Source of the DNA: Callorhinchus milii
Taxonomy: Eukaryota
NCBI RefSeq assembly: GCF_018977255.1
Contig: NW_024704747.1
Span: 21,266,001 to 21,330,000 of the forward strand
Length of the DNA stretch: 64,000 nt
Direction: 5' to 3'
Shown: piece by piece, positions 1-12,949 of the stretch
How positions within the stretch are numbered: position 1 is the stretch's first letter
Layout: every line of letters starts with the position of its first letter
Notes under the pieces: model-generated
The model's database searches: none
What the model saw: the letters and a program-made list of their open reading frames with translations, nothing else
Told to the model about the DNA's origin: nothing
Position numbers and translations under genes: made by a program

Positions 1-2223
1 AGATAAAGAGGATGTTCTGGCACTCTTGCTGTAGTGGAGATTGAAAATAAATATTAAGTTCAGTCAAAATTCAAGATGTCCTTGCATAATAATACACAAA
101 TCATGTACGATGCACAATATAAACTGCTGAAGTTCATAGGGCTACCAAATGTCTGGCAAATCTTATGAAAGCCCTGTCGATGATGAAAGAAACAAATTTG
201 TTCTTCCCCCGACTCTGGCCTATGCGTGACATCTGAGCTGAGCAATGCAGTCGAATCGCCTCACTCTCACCTTACAGATCCCTCCATCTCACTTAATTGC
301 CCCCTCCCTGCCTCCTTCCCTGCCTTCAAATCCGATCTAAAAAATTCTCTTTTACTGCGCCTTTTGACATCTCCCTCCTTCACCTCTTACTCACCCCTAT
401 TTCCCACTCCATTCCTGTAAAGCTCTGTGAGATGTTTTTCTACATGTTAGACTATATAAGTGCTGTTGGAGTTGCTAGTGATATGTGTTGCTTCAGATCC
501 TAGACATATCCCAGTCAGCAAAACGCACCAACATAACCACAAAATGCCTGCCTGGTGTGGGTGTAAAAATAACACACTGCTTTGGTTGATCAGTGGGAAG
601 ACTGCTGACCCAATAACCCAAAATCTCACTATTTGTTGTCTGTTGCCAATGTCTTGGAATTTTGGACCACGGCCCATACCAATGCCATTGCCAAGAGGAT
701 AAAACCTCCTCTGTTTGACAAAGCTGCCCATTTCTCCAACCGGTTTTATCCTCTGTGCTCACGATGGGTCAGTTACTCAGCAGCTTCCCGTCACTTTGTC
801 CAGCCTTCCTTCCCCCAGCCCCCTCCCCACTCTTCCCCACATCCCTCCACCAGGAGTTCGATGAGCCAACAGAGGACATGACCTCAAAAAGTAGGTGAAA
901 AAGGGTTAGGATTGAGGCAAGGATGGATTTCTTCTGGCGGATGGCCATGACAAGTCAGAGCGCACTGTTATTCCTTATATGAAAGGCACCGTGTGAGCGC
1001 AAGCTATTGTTGTCTTACTCCAACCTTGGATCCTTGATTCAATCAATTCCCTCACTGCTTAGCAAGGTCAGCCATATAGTGCCACACTGAGGCATCTCAG
1101 AGGCAAAGTGCTGAGTGTGAACGAACGGAGAGGTTAATAAACTGGCACGGTCAGCTAACACAATCAGCCTCAACTCCTGCAGCCCATCAAGCAGGGCAAG
1201 TTGTGACTCATGACCCTCATCTGATGTCTGTCATCTTGTGACAAAGGATACTGGAATCTGATGTCTTGTTAGTTTCAGCAGCAGCCTCTTGTTTCCTCTC
1301 TGATGCCTATCGTCTTTGCCTATTGTTTATTTAGCTCTCCAAAAAACATGGAGTGGACGTTTGTACTGCTTTTGATGCTTTATCTTTCTGGATAGCCCAA
1401 ATCCCATTATCTGGTGGTTTATATTAAAAAACAGACTTGTTTACACTATCTTTAGACTGAGGCAAATATTACATTGTGTTGTATAGTGCAGGGAAACTTG
1501 TCTCAATGTTTTGCAAATATTTTGATTGGAATTGCATTGTTTACACCATCAACAACAACAACAACTTGCATTTATATAGCTTTATATATATATATCCTGA
1601 TATGAAAGGTGCTATACAAATGTAATTTGTTGTTGATAATTCTTAGAACACTGAAGGCTACTCACGTTCAGATAGATTCAACTTCTTAATATTCAAATTC
1701 TACAAAGCTCAACGGCAAAATTTTACCAAAGGCTTAACAGAGCGGAGTGCTTAGACCAAAATAAACCGTATAATGAAAATGATAATCCTTGCATTTGATA
1801 TAACCCTATCAAGTCAGGAGGACATCTCAAAGCACTTCACAGGAGTAACTGTAAAGTGTAGTAACGGTATATTTTGGAGGTGAATGTTGCAGCCAATTTT
1901 CACAGAGATTGTCCCACCAAACAATCATGAAGCATAGAATCAAAGAAATCTGAAGTGCAGCAAAAGGCCATTCGGACCATCGTGCCTGTGGAACCTGGGA
2001 TCATAGGATCACAAGAGAGATAAAAGGTCTGAGTCTGGAATGGCTCTTTGAGAGATGACAAGGAGGTGACCATTAACTCGCAAAACACAGACATTCCACA
2101 ATCTGTCTCATTTAACTGATTTTTCCCCACAATCCAACAGTTGTCTAACCATTTGGCAAATTTTGTTTTCACATAAACCTAAATTACATCCAGCACAGGT
2201 TTCCTAGTTTAGTTCTGTTTTCA

Positions 2224-2556
2224 ATTTTGCAAATGACCAGCGAACATGAGGCGAAGTAAGTGTTTTTGTTTGTCTCTGCGGAGTTACATTGGGGCATCTT
2301 TGACCATGTTTTGATATGTCCAGAGTCAAATTAGTTTTTATTTTAGTTGGCAGCAAGATGGGTGCAACCTGTAGCCTCTCGGTATCTGAAGGTTTATTTT
2401 TTAAAAGCCTGAAAAAAACACCAGAGTAAACAGGAAAAGGAGAGGGAGAAGGTGGACGTTTCTTTTTCAGATACAGATGCTAACGGGTCAACAAGGGTCA
2501 TATGATTGTGCTGAGCGATAATATGACTCCTGCCCTGACTTGTGTGGGATATCATG
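2224..2556 (+). repeat. Inverted segmental duplication, left copy block A (partner 36455-36849)
   Basis: Shared strings such as tgcaacctgtagcctctcggtatctgaaggttta and atgactcctgccctgacttgtgtgggatatcatg occur reverse-complemented at 36455-36849. Confidence 0.92.
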
Positions 2557-3269
2557 CTTCGGGGAGACCAACACTGTTTTTTTGTGCTGGAAGGTGAGAA
2601 GGTGAGAAATTAATCTGCAAAGGGTGAGGAGGGGGCATTTAATAACAATAAAATAATTATTGCATTACATAGAGCACCTTTCACATCAGGGGGATGTCCC
2701 AAAGCACTTCACAGGATATACTGGAAAGTGGAGTGACTATGTCCCCTCCCCTGACCTGCCCCACCAACCCACCATTGGTGGGCCAGCTTTCAGTCCATCT
2801 ACCCCCTCCCCCTGGAAACGCTATCCATCTACTCCGATTCGCACCTGGCCTCCCCGTCAATAAAACTTAAGGCCTTAAGATCTATCTCATCAGCCATCTC
2901 ATCCCCTCCAGGGTAGGAATGGGGAATAGCAGGGGGGTGACCGAAGGCCCAGCCAAGGATTTAGGGAGAGAGTTCCAGATAGCAGAGGAACAATAGTTGG
3001 GCAGAGGGGCAGGGGACATGGAGCAGGCCAGAGCTGAGAAGGGGGAGTATTTGATGGTCTTTCAGGCCATCGTCCTCATCTCCCAAAACAGTTAACCTGC
3101 ACTGTAATTAATTCAGTGCTTTTGCATTGCACTGAGTAAAACCCTTGATGATATTGCTTCTGTTGCAGTTTCTGTGTGGTTGCTAAATTTTAAAATTAGT
3201 GACTTTTCACCTTTTGCCATCAGAAAACGGTCATAAAAGATGGATATTTCTGCCAACTTCATAATGCAT

Positions 3270-3760
3270 GTGAGATAGTCTCCCGTGTGAGATGGGCCGC
3301 TCTCTCCTGTACGTTTCCACCGTTAAACCCGGCCCATCTTCTAACCACAGTCACACCTGTTTAGTTTGGAAGGTGTTGGGATCATGACCATTCGTGTGAC
3401 TGTCGGAGCCAAAACCTCAGGTGAAACAAGACTTTGTTGTGCTGTGCCAATTGGCCTGGCCCTGGTGTTTACCCTGTTTAGTAAAGGACAGCGATAAAGG
3501 GTGCACCTTGTCTCATGCTACTCTAAGTGCGAATGCTGCTTTCAGACACCAGAGTGCTTGCCCACCAGGAGCCGAGTGGTGTGACTGGGATAAAGAACAC
3601 AGGAAACGGCTTAGACAAACGACAGTAACAACCTGGAGCCTGACTGACCGCTCGGTGTCCCAGTCTCGGTCACCAGTTTGTAGCAGCTACACTGCCTCAC
3701 ACTGTTCCAATGGACTCACGGGTTTTCTGATGGGCAGAGTGCAGTGCACTCCTCCCCTCA
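3270..3760 (+). repeat. Inverted segmental duplication, left copy block B core (partner 35861-36358)
   Basis: Near-identical reverse complement, about 12 substitutions and 3 small indels by eye. Confidence 0.97.
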
Positions 3761-5601
3761 ACCCACTGGACTAACTGTGGAGCCTGTTACCCTGGATGTT
3801 CTGATGCCCTGGTAACACTGAGATGGAGGGCAAAAGTCTCAAAGTGAACATGCCTTGCACAATAGTTTTTTAAATCGTTCACTTATTTAACCAGAGTTGA
3901 CAGCTTAGGTATGTGAGAGTGATAGTCCTTATAAAGCTATTCTCTCCTGGTGCTCAGTCTGGAGTTTCCTAGGTCCACTGCGCGTCATTTCTGAACAGAT
4001 TAATGACCGGACGTTTGCTGATCTGAAAGCTGCCACTGGGAGCTGCCCAAGAAGTCCAAATGGGTCAGACATTCCTAGCTGGACAAGCAGCGGGAAGCAT
4101 GCCAGGCTGTGCTCTCACTAATAATACTATATTCAGAAAATGCTTGACAAAATACCTGGTGAACAAAATAACAATCTCCTGCAAAAAATAGCTATTTTAG
4201 GAAGTTCAAACATATTAAGAAAAGTAACGTTCATTCATCTGTGACATAGTAGTATTATTGGTCTGGCTGACACATCATTAAAAAACATTCAGAAATTACC
4301 TCTAGAGAGTGATTTAAACTAATGACATAATAATAATAATCCTGACAATCCTGATATTGCGCTTTTCACATTGGGAGGACGTTTCAAAGTGCTCACGTGA
4401 TTAACTGTAAAGTGGCGTGACTGTGTTTTTTGTGGGCAAAAGCAACAACCAATTTGCACACAGCAATGTTGTACAAACAAACTATGTGGTTTTAGTTGGT
4501 TAACTCCAGCAGAACCCCAGTGCACACTCTGGGGCCCTAAGCCTTCATGCTGACCAACCTGTGCCTTATAGTCTCCGGAATCAATTTTTTTCCTTCTTTG
4601 TAAATGAAGGAAGGAACTTGCACTTTCTTAGCACCAGATCACATCAAAATATCCCAAATTGATTAATCCTGTCAGGTAGAGCCATTGCTGTTGTTGGCAG
4701 TCAATTTTGCTCCTAGCAAAATAGTCATCACGTAGATGCCTGATTTATCTGGAGGATTGTTAACCAAGATATGGGAAAGAACTGCCTTCTCTTTACCAAC
4801 AGCGTCACTTTAACATCCACCTGAAGAAGCAGATGTGGTTTAAGGCCTCTCTAAAGAACGTGTCTGCTTCTTGCATTTTTTTTGAAAATATATATTTATT
4901 TATAAATATAATATTTGGAACAACAGAAATCCAAAACAAACACAGCGAGCAACGTCTTCTGTTACAATATTTTTCCTTTCTCCTGATACATTCTGCTGTC
5001 TACGGTACATTCCTTCACCGCACATAGGTTGTGCGCACGGTTTTTGGGTCGTTCCCTTTAAAACAGCTGGGAATCGCCCCTGTGTACACCTCATCCATGT
5101 GTGCGCCCACACACACCCCGATAAGGCTCAATTGCCGCTTCTGGAAGATGCCCGGATGTGCACCATACGGGCACATGTTTACCCTACATACATTTTCGGG
5201 ACGCTCTCCACGGTTACATCTCGAGTGTTCTTCTGAACCCTTACGTTTCTTTCACTGCCTGCTATCCTGAATGTACATAGGCAAGAGAGCAACCGGATTG
5301 AGTGCTGTGGAGCAGTTCAGAGCCTAACAGGCCAGCTTTCTTGTTTACTTTGCAGATAAGTTGCAGCTTCGCTTCAGTGCTTTGTGATGCTCAAGCCATA
5401 AACTCCTAGATAAAGCACAGCACTACATTACTCATTTGTTATCAGCTTGTTTTATTTCCTGAGGAACAGCACTGTTCCTCTGTGATAGTATCGGGCAGAG
5501 TCAAATCAAATGGCAAAACTGGAGCAGGGCTAAGCAACTGAATACTGTTGGAGTCTTGATGCCATATGATACTCCAGCTCCTCAGTATCATAAGCGCTAA
5601 A

Positions 5602-5920
5602 CTAATAATAAAAATAAATAATCCTTGCATTTGATATAGCGCTTTTCACGTTTTCTAGACGTCCCAAAGCGCTTCACAGAATATACTGTAAAGTGAATTG
5701 ACTGCATATTTGTGGGTGAACGCCAATTGCGCACAGCAGTGTCCCACAAACAGTCGTAGATTGAAAATGACCAATTTATTATTGTTTTGTTTTTTTGGAG
5801 GGATTATTATTAGGAGTGTGGAGTAAGGAAACTTGCCCAAGGTTTCGCCCTGTCTGGATTTGAACTCAGGTCTCTCGCTTGCAAAGCGAGTGCTCTAACC
5901 ACTGAGCTACAGGACTCCAC
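5602..5920 (-). mobile_element. tRNA-derived SINE, full length, short subtype
   Basis: tRNA-like head (GTGGAGTCCTGTAGCTCAGTGGTTAGAGCAC A box; GAGTTCAAATCC B box), L2-like 3' end, (TTA)n tail. Confidence 0.92.
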
Positions 5921-8431
5921 AGGGTAATGAAAAGCCCGAGTGGGTGGGGGGGAGTTAGCTGATGTGGAAGATGGCAAGGAATGGGAACAGGAAGAAAACA
6001 TAGTAGCAGAAGCGATGTGGATTATGGGATAGGACAAATACTTTGATACTAATGCAATTCCCTGGAGCAGAGAAGATTCACAAGAGATCCAGTAGGAGCA
6101 TTCAGAATGGCCATAGGGTTAATAGTGGAAGATTATTCCCACTGGTTGGTGAATCGGCACCCAGTGGAACCAATGAATAAAACATAAACTCAACAGCATT
6201 GTTCAAAACATGAAGTGTTTGAGGTTGAAAGAAAGGTTATTCCCAGGGTTAGGGGTTAACAATGGCCAACATATCCCCTAAATAAAATTGGTCACTCACT
6301 CCACGGTTATTTGTGGGACTTTGCTGTGCGCAACTGGCTGGAGTGTTTTGCCCCCAATATACACGGTCAATCCACTTGACAGTAGATCCTGTGAAGTGCT
6401 TTGAAACATCTCGACGACTTGATAAGGCTGTATATCAAATGCAAGTCTTATTATTATTATTATTATTATTATTGTCATTATCATCATCTGCATCCTGTGG
6501 AGCGCTTTGAGATGCCCTCCTGTCGTGAAAGACTTCATATCAAATGTAAAGATTACTGTTTAATCGCACGTTTTTCACATAGGATGAACATCTCAGAACA
6601 TTTCAAAGAAAGATCTTTAGGGAGAAATTGCACCCGAGTCCAGATTCACCCCATTTGTAAACAGAGCATTTTACAGTGTCCAGAATGTACTTTTTTTGTA
6701 GGCAAATTCAACAGCCATAATGTGCACATCATGACCCCAAAAATAGCCATGAGATGAATCATCAAGTTATCTGGACAATTGTTGGTCATGACACCAGGAG
6801 AAACACCCTTCTCTTTCCAAATCATACTATGGGATCTTTAACATCCACCTGCAGGACAGATAAACAAAACCTCAGTTTATTATCTTGTCAGAAGTATGGC
6901 ATCTCCGATCATGGTCCTGCAGTGGAGTTCAGCCTGGAGTAAGAGCTCAGTTTGAAAGGGTTAATTGGGTTTCTCTCATCTTATGCTGTTAACTCAGTCA
7001 GTTGAGGGCCTGGATGCATCAAATTCTTTCTGATAGAATTGGAGGAATCTTCCAAATTCCAATTGTGTAAGCTCTGAAGTTCTGTGCACGAAATGCGACA
7101 GGACAGCTCTTAGATTCGCTACTGAGTTCACAAAACTCCTGGTTATGAGTAAAAGGGGTAAGGTAGAGGTATGAAGATGCCCATGGATTAACTGTGGCTG
7201 AACAGCAGAGGGAGAGAGAAAGAGAGAGAGGGCAGGTGGAACCTAGCTATGAAAAGCTGGCTCTGTGCAATGGTGCGGAGGTTGCCTCCAGATGTTTATT
7301 TACACTGCCAGCGAAACTGAGGGATACGTTTACAATGCATGGGATATGTCGGCATCACACCACATAACTGTGCCAAGGCCAATTTCGGGTCACTGCTAGT
7401 TCAGGGAACAGAGGCAGGACTTCTTGCTGTATGTACAATTGCGGGCTATCAGGAGAAATTTGCGACACATTATGTCTGAGAATTAAATGTCGCAAATTCC
7501 CTTCCTATATGTCAAGGTGCCTGAATGTGCCACCCACTGGAAGCAATACTTTTGAACATCATCGCATTCAAGCCCTGTACATTAGTAGATACTATCTGAC
7601 TCACTGGGTGCATCCTTCACTGTATATACCTTACGATTCTCCACTTTAGGACTTTGCACTCTCACCATCCAGGCTGACACTCCAATGCAGTGCTCCAATG
7701 AGGGTCAGTGTATTGTTCAAGAAATCTTTTGGAACAAATGTCTTTTGGATGAGACATTCTGGTCCTGTCTGCCTGTTCAGGTGGATGTTAAACATCACAT
7801 GGCATGACTTGAAAAAGAAAAGGGAGTTTCTTCAGCTGATTTTTCACAGCACCCACCTCTTTTCGAACAGCGCTGTGGTGATTTTTGAGGTCCACCTGAA
7901 ATAGGCAGATGGCACCTCAGCTTAAAGTGTGTATGAGGAATGTAGAGACCAGTGTACATTTAACACTTAGCTAAATACAGTAATTGCCACACAATCAAAC
8001 CACTGTTCCTTTTACTCATAAGCAGGAGTTATGTTAACACAGTATCTAAGAGCTGTCCTGTCGCACCACAGGCAGTGGGATATGGGACCCAATGCAACAT
8101 ATGGTCCTGATCTTGTTCTGTAGCCAACACTGAGGAAATAGTTTGGACCTTATTTGCACCCAATTTCCAACCTGGTATGAAAATTGTGTTTTATTGGCTT
8201 TTGGTGTGGTTTTGAAAGGAACGTAAATGACGCATAATTAAAAATGTGGATCCACATTTCATTTCCGTTTCAGAGTCACTCTGATTCTCTTTCTCTCTCT
8301 CTCACCTCGTTCAAGGCACATGTCAAAATGTACTTGTTTGACCGTGCTTTCGATCATCTTTACCCTCCGCACCCTGATGCAAGATGGCAGAAAGTTTAGT
8401 TCAGGGATTCAGGCAGAGAGTTCCAGAGTCT

Positions 8432-8775
8432 TAATAATAATAATAATAATCCTTGCATTTGATATAGCGCTTTTCACATCAGGAGACGTCCCAAAGCGCT
8501 TCACAGAACACACTGTAAAGTGAATTGACTGTATATTTGTGGGCAAACGCGGCAGCCAATTGCGCACAGCAATGTCCCACAAACAGTCACAGTCATTGAA
8601 AATGACCAATTTATTATTGTTTTTGGTTTTTGGAGGGATTATTATTAGGTGTGTGGAGTAAGGAAACTTGCCCAAGGTTTCGCCCTGCCTGCAATTGAAC
8701 TTAGATCCTTCACTTGCAAAGCGAGTGCTCTAACCACTGAGCTGCAGGACTCCACACTGAGCTGCAGGACTCCAC
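8432..8775 (-). mobile_element. tRNA-derived SINE, full length, with tandemly duplicated 20-bp 5' end
   Basis: Same consensus as 5602-5920. actgagctgcaggactccac occurs at both 8736-8755 and 8756-8775. Confidence 0.92.
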
Positions 8776-9462
8776 TAAGTCTTGTGACTTAGTGGCTGAA
8801 AGCACAGCTGCTGATGGTGGAGCAGAGGGGACGAGGGACATGCAGGAGGTTGGAACCAGCTAAGCGAAGGGATTTGGTAGAGGAGTGGGGTAAATCCATC
8901 TGTGTGGATTCATACAGTCAAAATGCAGAGAGAGAGAGATGTTACCACAGCAACCCTGCTTCTATATTGGCTGGTCTGCTAACCTCATCAATGCACATTT
9001 TGGTCCTTTGATTATTATACCACATTCCTAAGAAGGTGAAATAGAAGGGAACTGGTTAGGTGAATAGTCTCGTTGGGAGTCTTGACAAATCTCACAGCTC
9101 ACCAAGCGGAGAGAGGCCAGCGTTGGCCTCAGGTATTCAGACACCAGACCGCAGTGAGTAAGATTATCAGAAACAGTCATTACTGGTTATTTGGTTATTT
9201 GATCTCCCAGCTCTGTAATGTGATCAGCTGAAAATGTATTTAAATCAATTAGACAGCATGATGCAGCTGTCTGGAATGGTGGTGTGGGAGGAATAGATAA
9301 ATACATTACTTACTTTGGTTATAAACCTTTGTGATGCACCACCGCTTCCACCCCTTCCCCCGCCCCACCAGGGAACATCAGGGAACATTGGTCTTTGTAC
9401 TCAGGTCTATGGCAAGTTACTAAACCGGATGCTCCCTCCTGCCCACAGCTAACACCAAGCTA

Positions 9463-10250
9463 GAACAACAACAGATTGCATTTATATCGCGTCTTTCATG
9501 TCGGGAGGATGTCCTAAGTAGCTGGACAGTCAAGGGTTTGCACCCAAGCTGGAGGTTGGAATCCAGAAGGGTGGAGGGCAAAGGGGTGGTGGGAGTGAAA
9601 GGATGACTGAAGCTACGGTCATAGAGGAAGATCTTGAGATGGGCCTTGAATGAATTACGGGATGGAGTCTCAGAGTGTGGAGGCAGTAAGGCTGAAGACT
9701 CAACCGCCAGCAAGCGGAGGGAGCAGGCAGGTGAATAAGATTTTAGTAGGTCGCAGAGGTAGGGAGGAGCAAGACCATGGAGAGCTTTAAAAGTGAGGAT
9801 GAGCATCTTGAACTCGATCATCTGGAGCAAAGATGGGGATTATTGGCTCAGGAAGCGTGGTGCAGGAGAGAGCGCGAGCTGCAGAGTTCTGAATAATCTA
9901 CATCTTGTGAAGGGAATAGTTGGGAAGTCCGACAAGCAGCGAGTTAGCATAGTCAAGCCTGGATATAATGAAAGCATGGATGAGGGTCTTGGCAGCCTGA
10001 AGGGAGAGATACTGCCAGAGATAGACAATGTTGCGGAGGTGGAGGATGGCAGAAGGGATCATGGCATGGATGTGAGTTTTAAAGGACAGTTGAGGCTCGA
10101 ATATAACATCAAAGTTCCGTACTGGCTTAGTGAGGCGGAGAGTGCATCCAGAATTAGTGATACTGTCAGCACCCGAGATGAGGGTGCGCTGACAGGAACC
10201 AAGCAGGAAGGCCTCTGTCTTGTCTAGATTCAACTGGAGTAGAAAGTTTT
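9463..10250 (-). mobile_element. L2 LINE 3' fragment with degenerate RT C-terminus
   Basis: Translations LQLNLDKTEAFLLG...AKTLIHAFIISRLDYANSLLVGLP and FKMLILTFKALHGLAPPYLCDLL are L2 ORF2 hallmarks. (AAC)n tail present. Confidence 0.92.
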
Positions 10251-12949
10251 TGTCTTCAATGTTTGATAAAGCTATTCTCCAGTTCTTATGATAAATGAAA
10301 TTGGTCGTTGACTTGATGGCTGTAAGTGGGACATTGCTGTGCGGAAATTGGCTGCTGTATTCACCCAGAAAATACAAAGTCTACAAATTTATGATATATC
10401 CTGTGAAAGTTTGATGTGTCTTCCTGACGCGAAAGGCACAACCTCAAATGTAAAGACTATTATTATTATAAGTACAGTATCCATCATAGACTCAAATCTT
10501 TTACATGTTTGACAAACAACAGCACAAAGAGATTCACAAGGGAATAACCCAGACAAACAGCACTTATAAACCATTAGTCACAAAAGTTCAACGAGGTCTG
10601 AAATTTACAGACATTTCATAATTAACACAAGGAACACATTAGCAAACGTCACAAATTTCACCTGATTCTGTTACATCCTGACAGCTCTGCCTGATTCATG
10701 ATTAATTTCATTGGATGGTTAATGGTGCAAGAAGCATTAGACTCAGAATTCCACCTAGTCCCAGCCTGTGCTACTCTTGTCTTAGAACTTCAGATCACAG
10801 AGAATTGTAGAGAATTCTTACACTGAGTAATAATCTGCAAGCTGTTTTTCCACAGTTCTTACAAGGAAACCGTTTGAATCCACCTGAAAGAGGCAGTGAA
10901 TTTAAGAATTTTCCACAAGTGCTCCCCATTTTTGAGGTGCTTGCAAAATGCACAGGGACTACACTTTGCAGTATATCCTGTGCAGCGCTTTGAGATGTCC
11001 TCCTGATGTGAAAGGTGCTGTATGAAACGCAAGGATTATTATTGCTAATATTATCTTAATTTTTAAGATAAAATGGTCTTACAGGCTAAGACGAGGTGGA
11101 ATCCCAGGCCTGTTGAATTTACCAAAAGGAACAACCCTTTTTCAGCGTCGGTATTGGAGAATGTGGCTTATGAGATGGTGAGGATCAGAGCAGCCAGGAT
11201 TAGCAGTCACTGTACAGCAATAGCCATTCTGAAGTGGAAGGAGAGTCATCAGATGAACTGTACTCCAATGCTATGCCATCAGAGTGAAAGCCCTGCTGGC
11301 TCTTGATTTACAACAACAATTTACATTTATATTGTGCCCTTCACTTAGGATAACATCTCAAAGTGCTTCACAGTTGGTGGGGTTGGATGCCAGCTACGAT
11401 AACAGAGCGATGATCATCGCTGGGGTCGAAGAGGTGGGGTTTAAAGGATTTTCATGTGGAATTTGAAGATAGATAAGGGTGCAAGATGGAAGGATGGAGG
11501 CAGAGAGTTCCAGAGGTTGGGGGCATAATGACTGAATTCTCGACCACTGCTTTGCTCTATTTATGCAACATTTCAGTGTCCAGAATTTGGCAAATTCTCA
11601 AACACAGCTTTAATTTTGAAATCTACAAAACCTTGTAGATGTCGCAAATGTCGCAAATTAGTTCCCAATGTAAAACCCTTTTGGAAATGGCCTGCAGATG
11701 GACTCTTGTATGTGATAATTCTTGTACAAATTTAAAAAAATCCCAAATGAAAAGAACATATCCTCTGGGGTCTTGCAAATTCATCAATCAAACACAATGT
11801 CCAAACATAGCAGATTAGGTGGAGAAAGCCTGTCAAAAATAGAGTAAGAGGAGCCTTTAAGATTTATTTTGGTTGTCACATTGTCGTCGGGCAAAATGGC
11901 ACTTTTGTACATTAGTAGCAATAACAGGCAGCCAACTCACTGCCAGAATTTGTTGCAGCGTCAGGGGAAGGGTGTGGGGGGAAAGAAGGGGACAGATACA
12001 CAGTAAACCATTGAACCATTTATATTTACAGTAAACTATTGCTCCCAGGATCAACAGGCGGAGGTGACCGGGAGTTTATTAAAACATAAGGCACAGGATA
12101 TTCTTACATCATACTGGAATAGATAAGAGTTGTCTTGCTTTCCCCAGTTCCATGACCTGGCATGTTTATATGACAATCGCTGGAAACAGCAGATGAGAGA
12201 TTGAAGGCTCCACATCAATTGGAACTTTGTGTATGGTACAACGTGATATGTGGGTCTGTGTTTATTAACAAGGAGACAATTTCAGGATCCACAACTTGAA
12301 CTCCAGATCTTGCACACTACAATTCTGTACAAACCCATTCATTTCTTCAAGCCACTTAATGGTCCACCCATAACCATGGAAGCTGAAACATCTTCCAAAT
12401 TATGTCTTTCTGCTCCCTGATAGTCTAATGAGATGTGTCGGGTATTGTGTGTGTATATGGTTGTGAACGTGGAGGTGGGGGCTGTGATTTCCAGGTGGTG
12501 TGAAGTATACAATACCATTGGTTTTGCCTCATTCCACCCCCTTCCACCCCCACCCATCCTATCAACTGTTATCCCTTCACCCCACCACTGATTGGGAAGC
12601 CACTATGCTCCTGCTCTTTGCAACTCCCTCCCAACCTGCCTACCCGTTTCAATCTCTTCAAAGCATTTGGTTAAATGTTGCTTCTGATCAGATCGCCCAT
12701 CCTGCTTAAGACGTTGTAAGTGTAGCTGAACAAAATCACTGTTAATAGGGTGACTTAGTATAAAAAATGTTAAAGCGGCCAACAAGTTACTTATTGGGGG
12801 GAGGGAATTGGGAATATAATAATAATAATTATAATTATAATAATAATAATAATAATAATATTCCTTGCATTTGATATAGCGCCTTATCACATCGTTGAGA
12901 CGTCTCAAAGCACTTCACAGAATATTTTGTAAAGTGTGTATTTGTGGGA

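Noticed and set aside
3340-3425. Ig/TCR J-segment or RSS-like appearance (cacag..., TTTGGA..., gtgactgtc)
   Set aside because: No correct heptamer/nonamer spacing and no F/WGxG motif in a frame leading to a donor.
3421-3774. 117-aa Cys/Trp-rich ORF in the duplicated core
   Set aside because: The partner copy differs by 1-, 4- and 2-nt indels, so the frame is not preserved.
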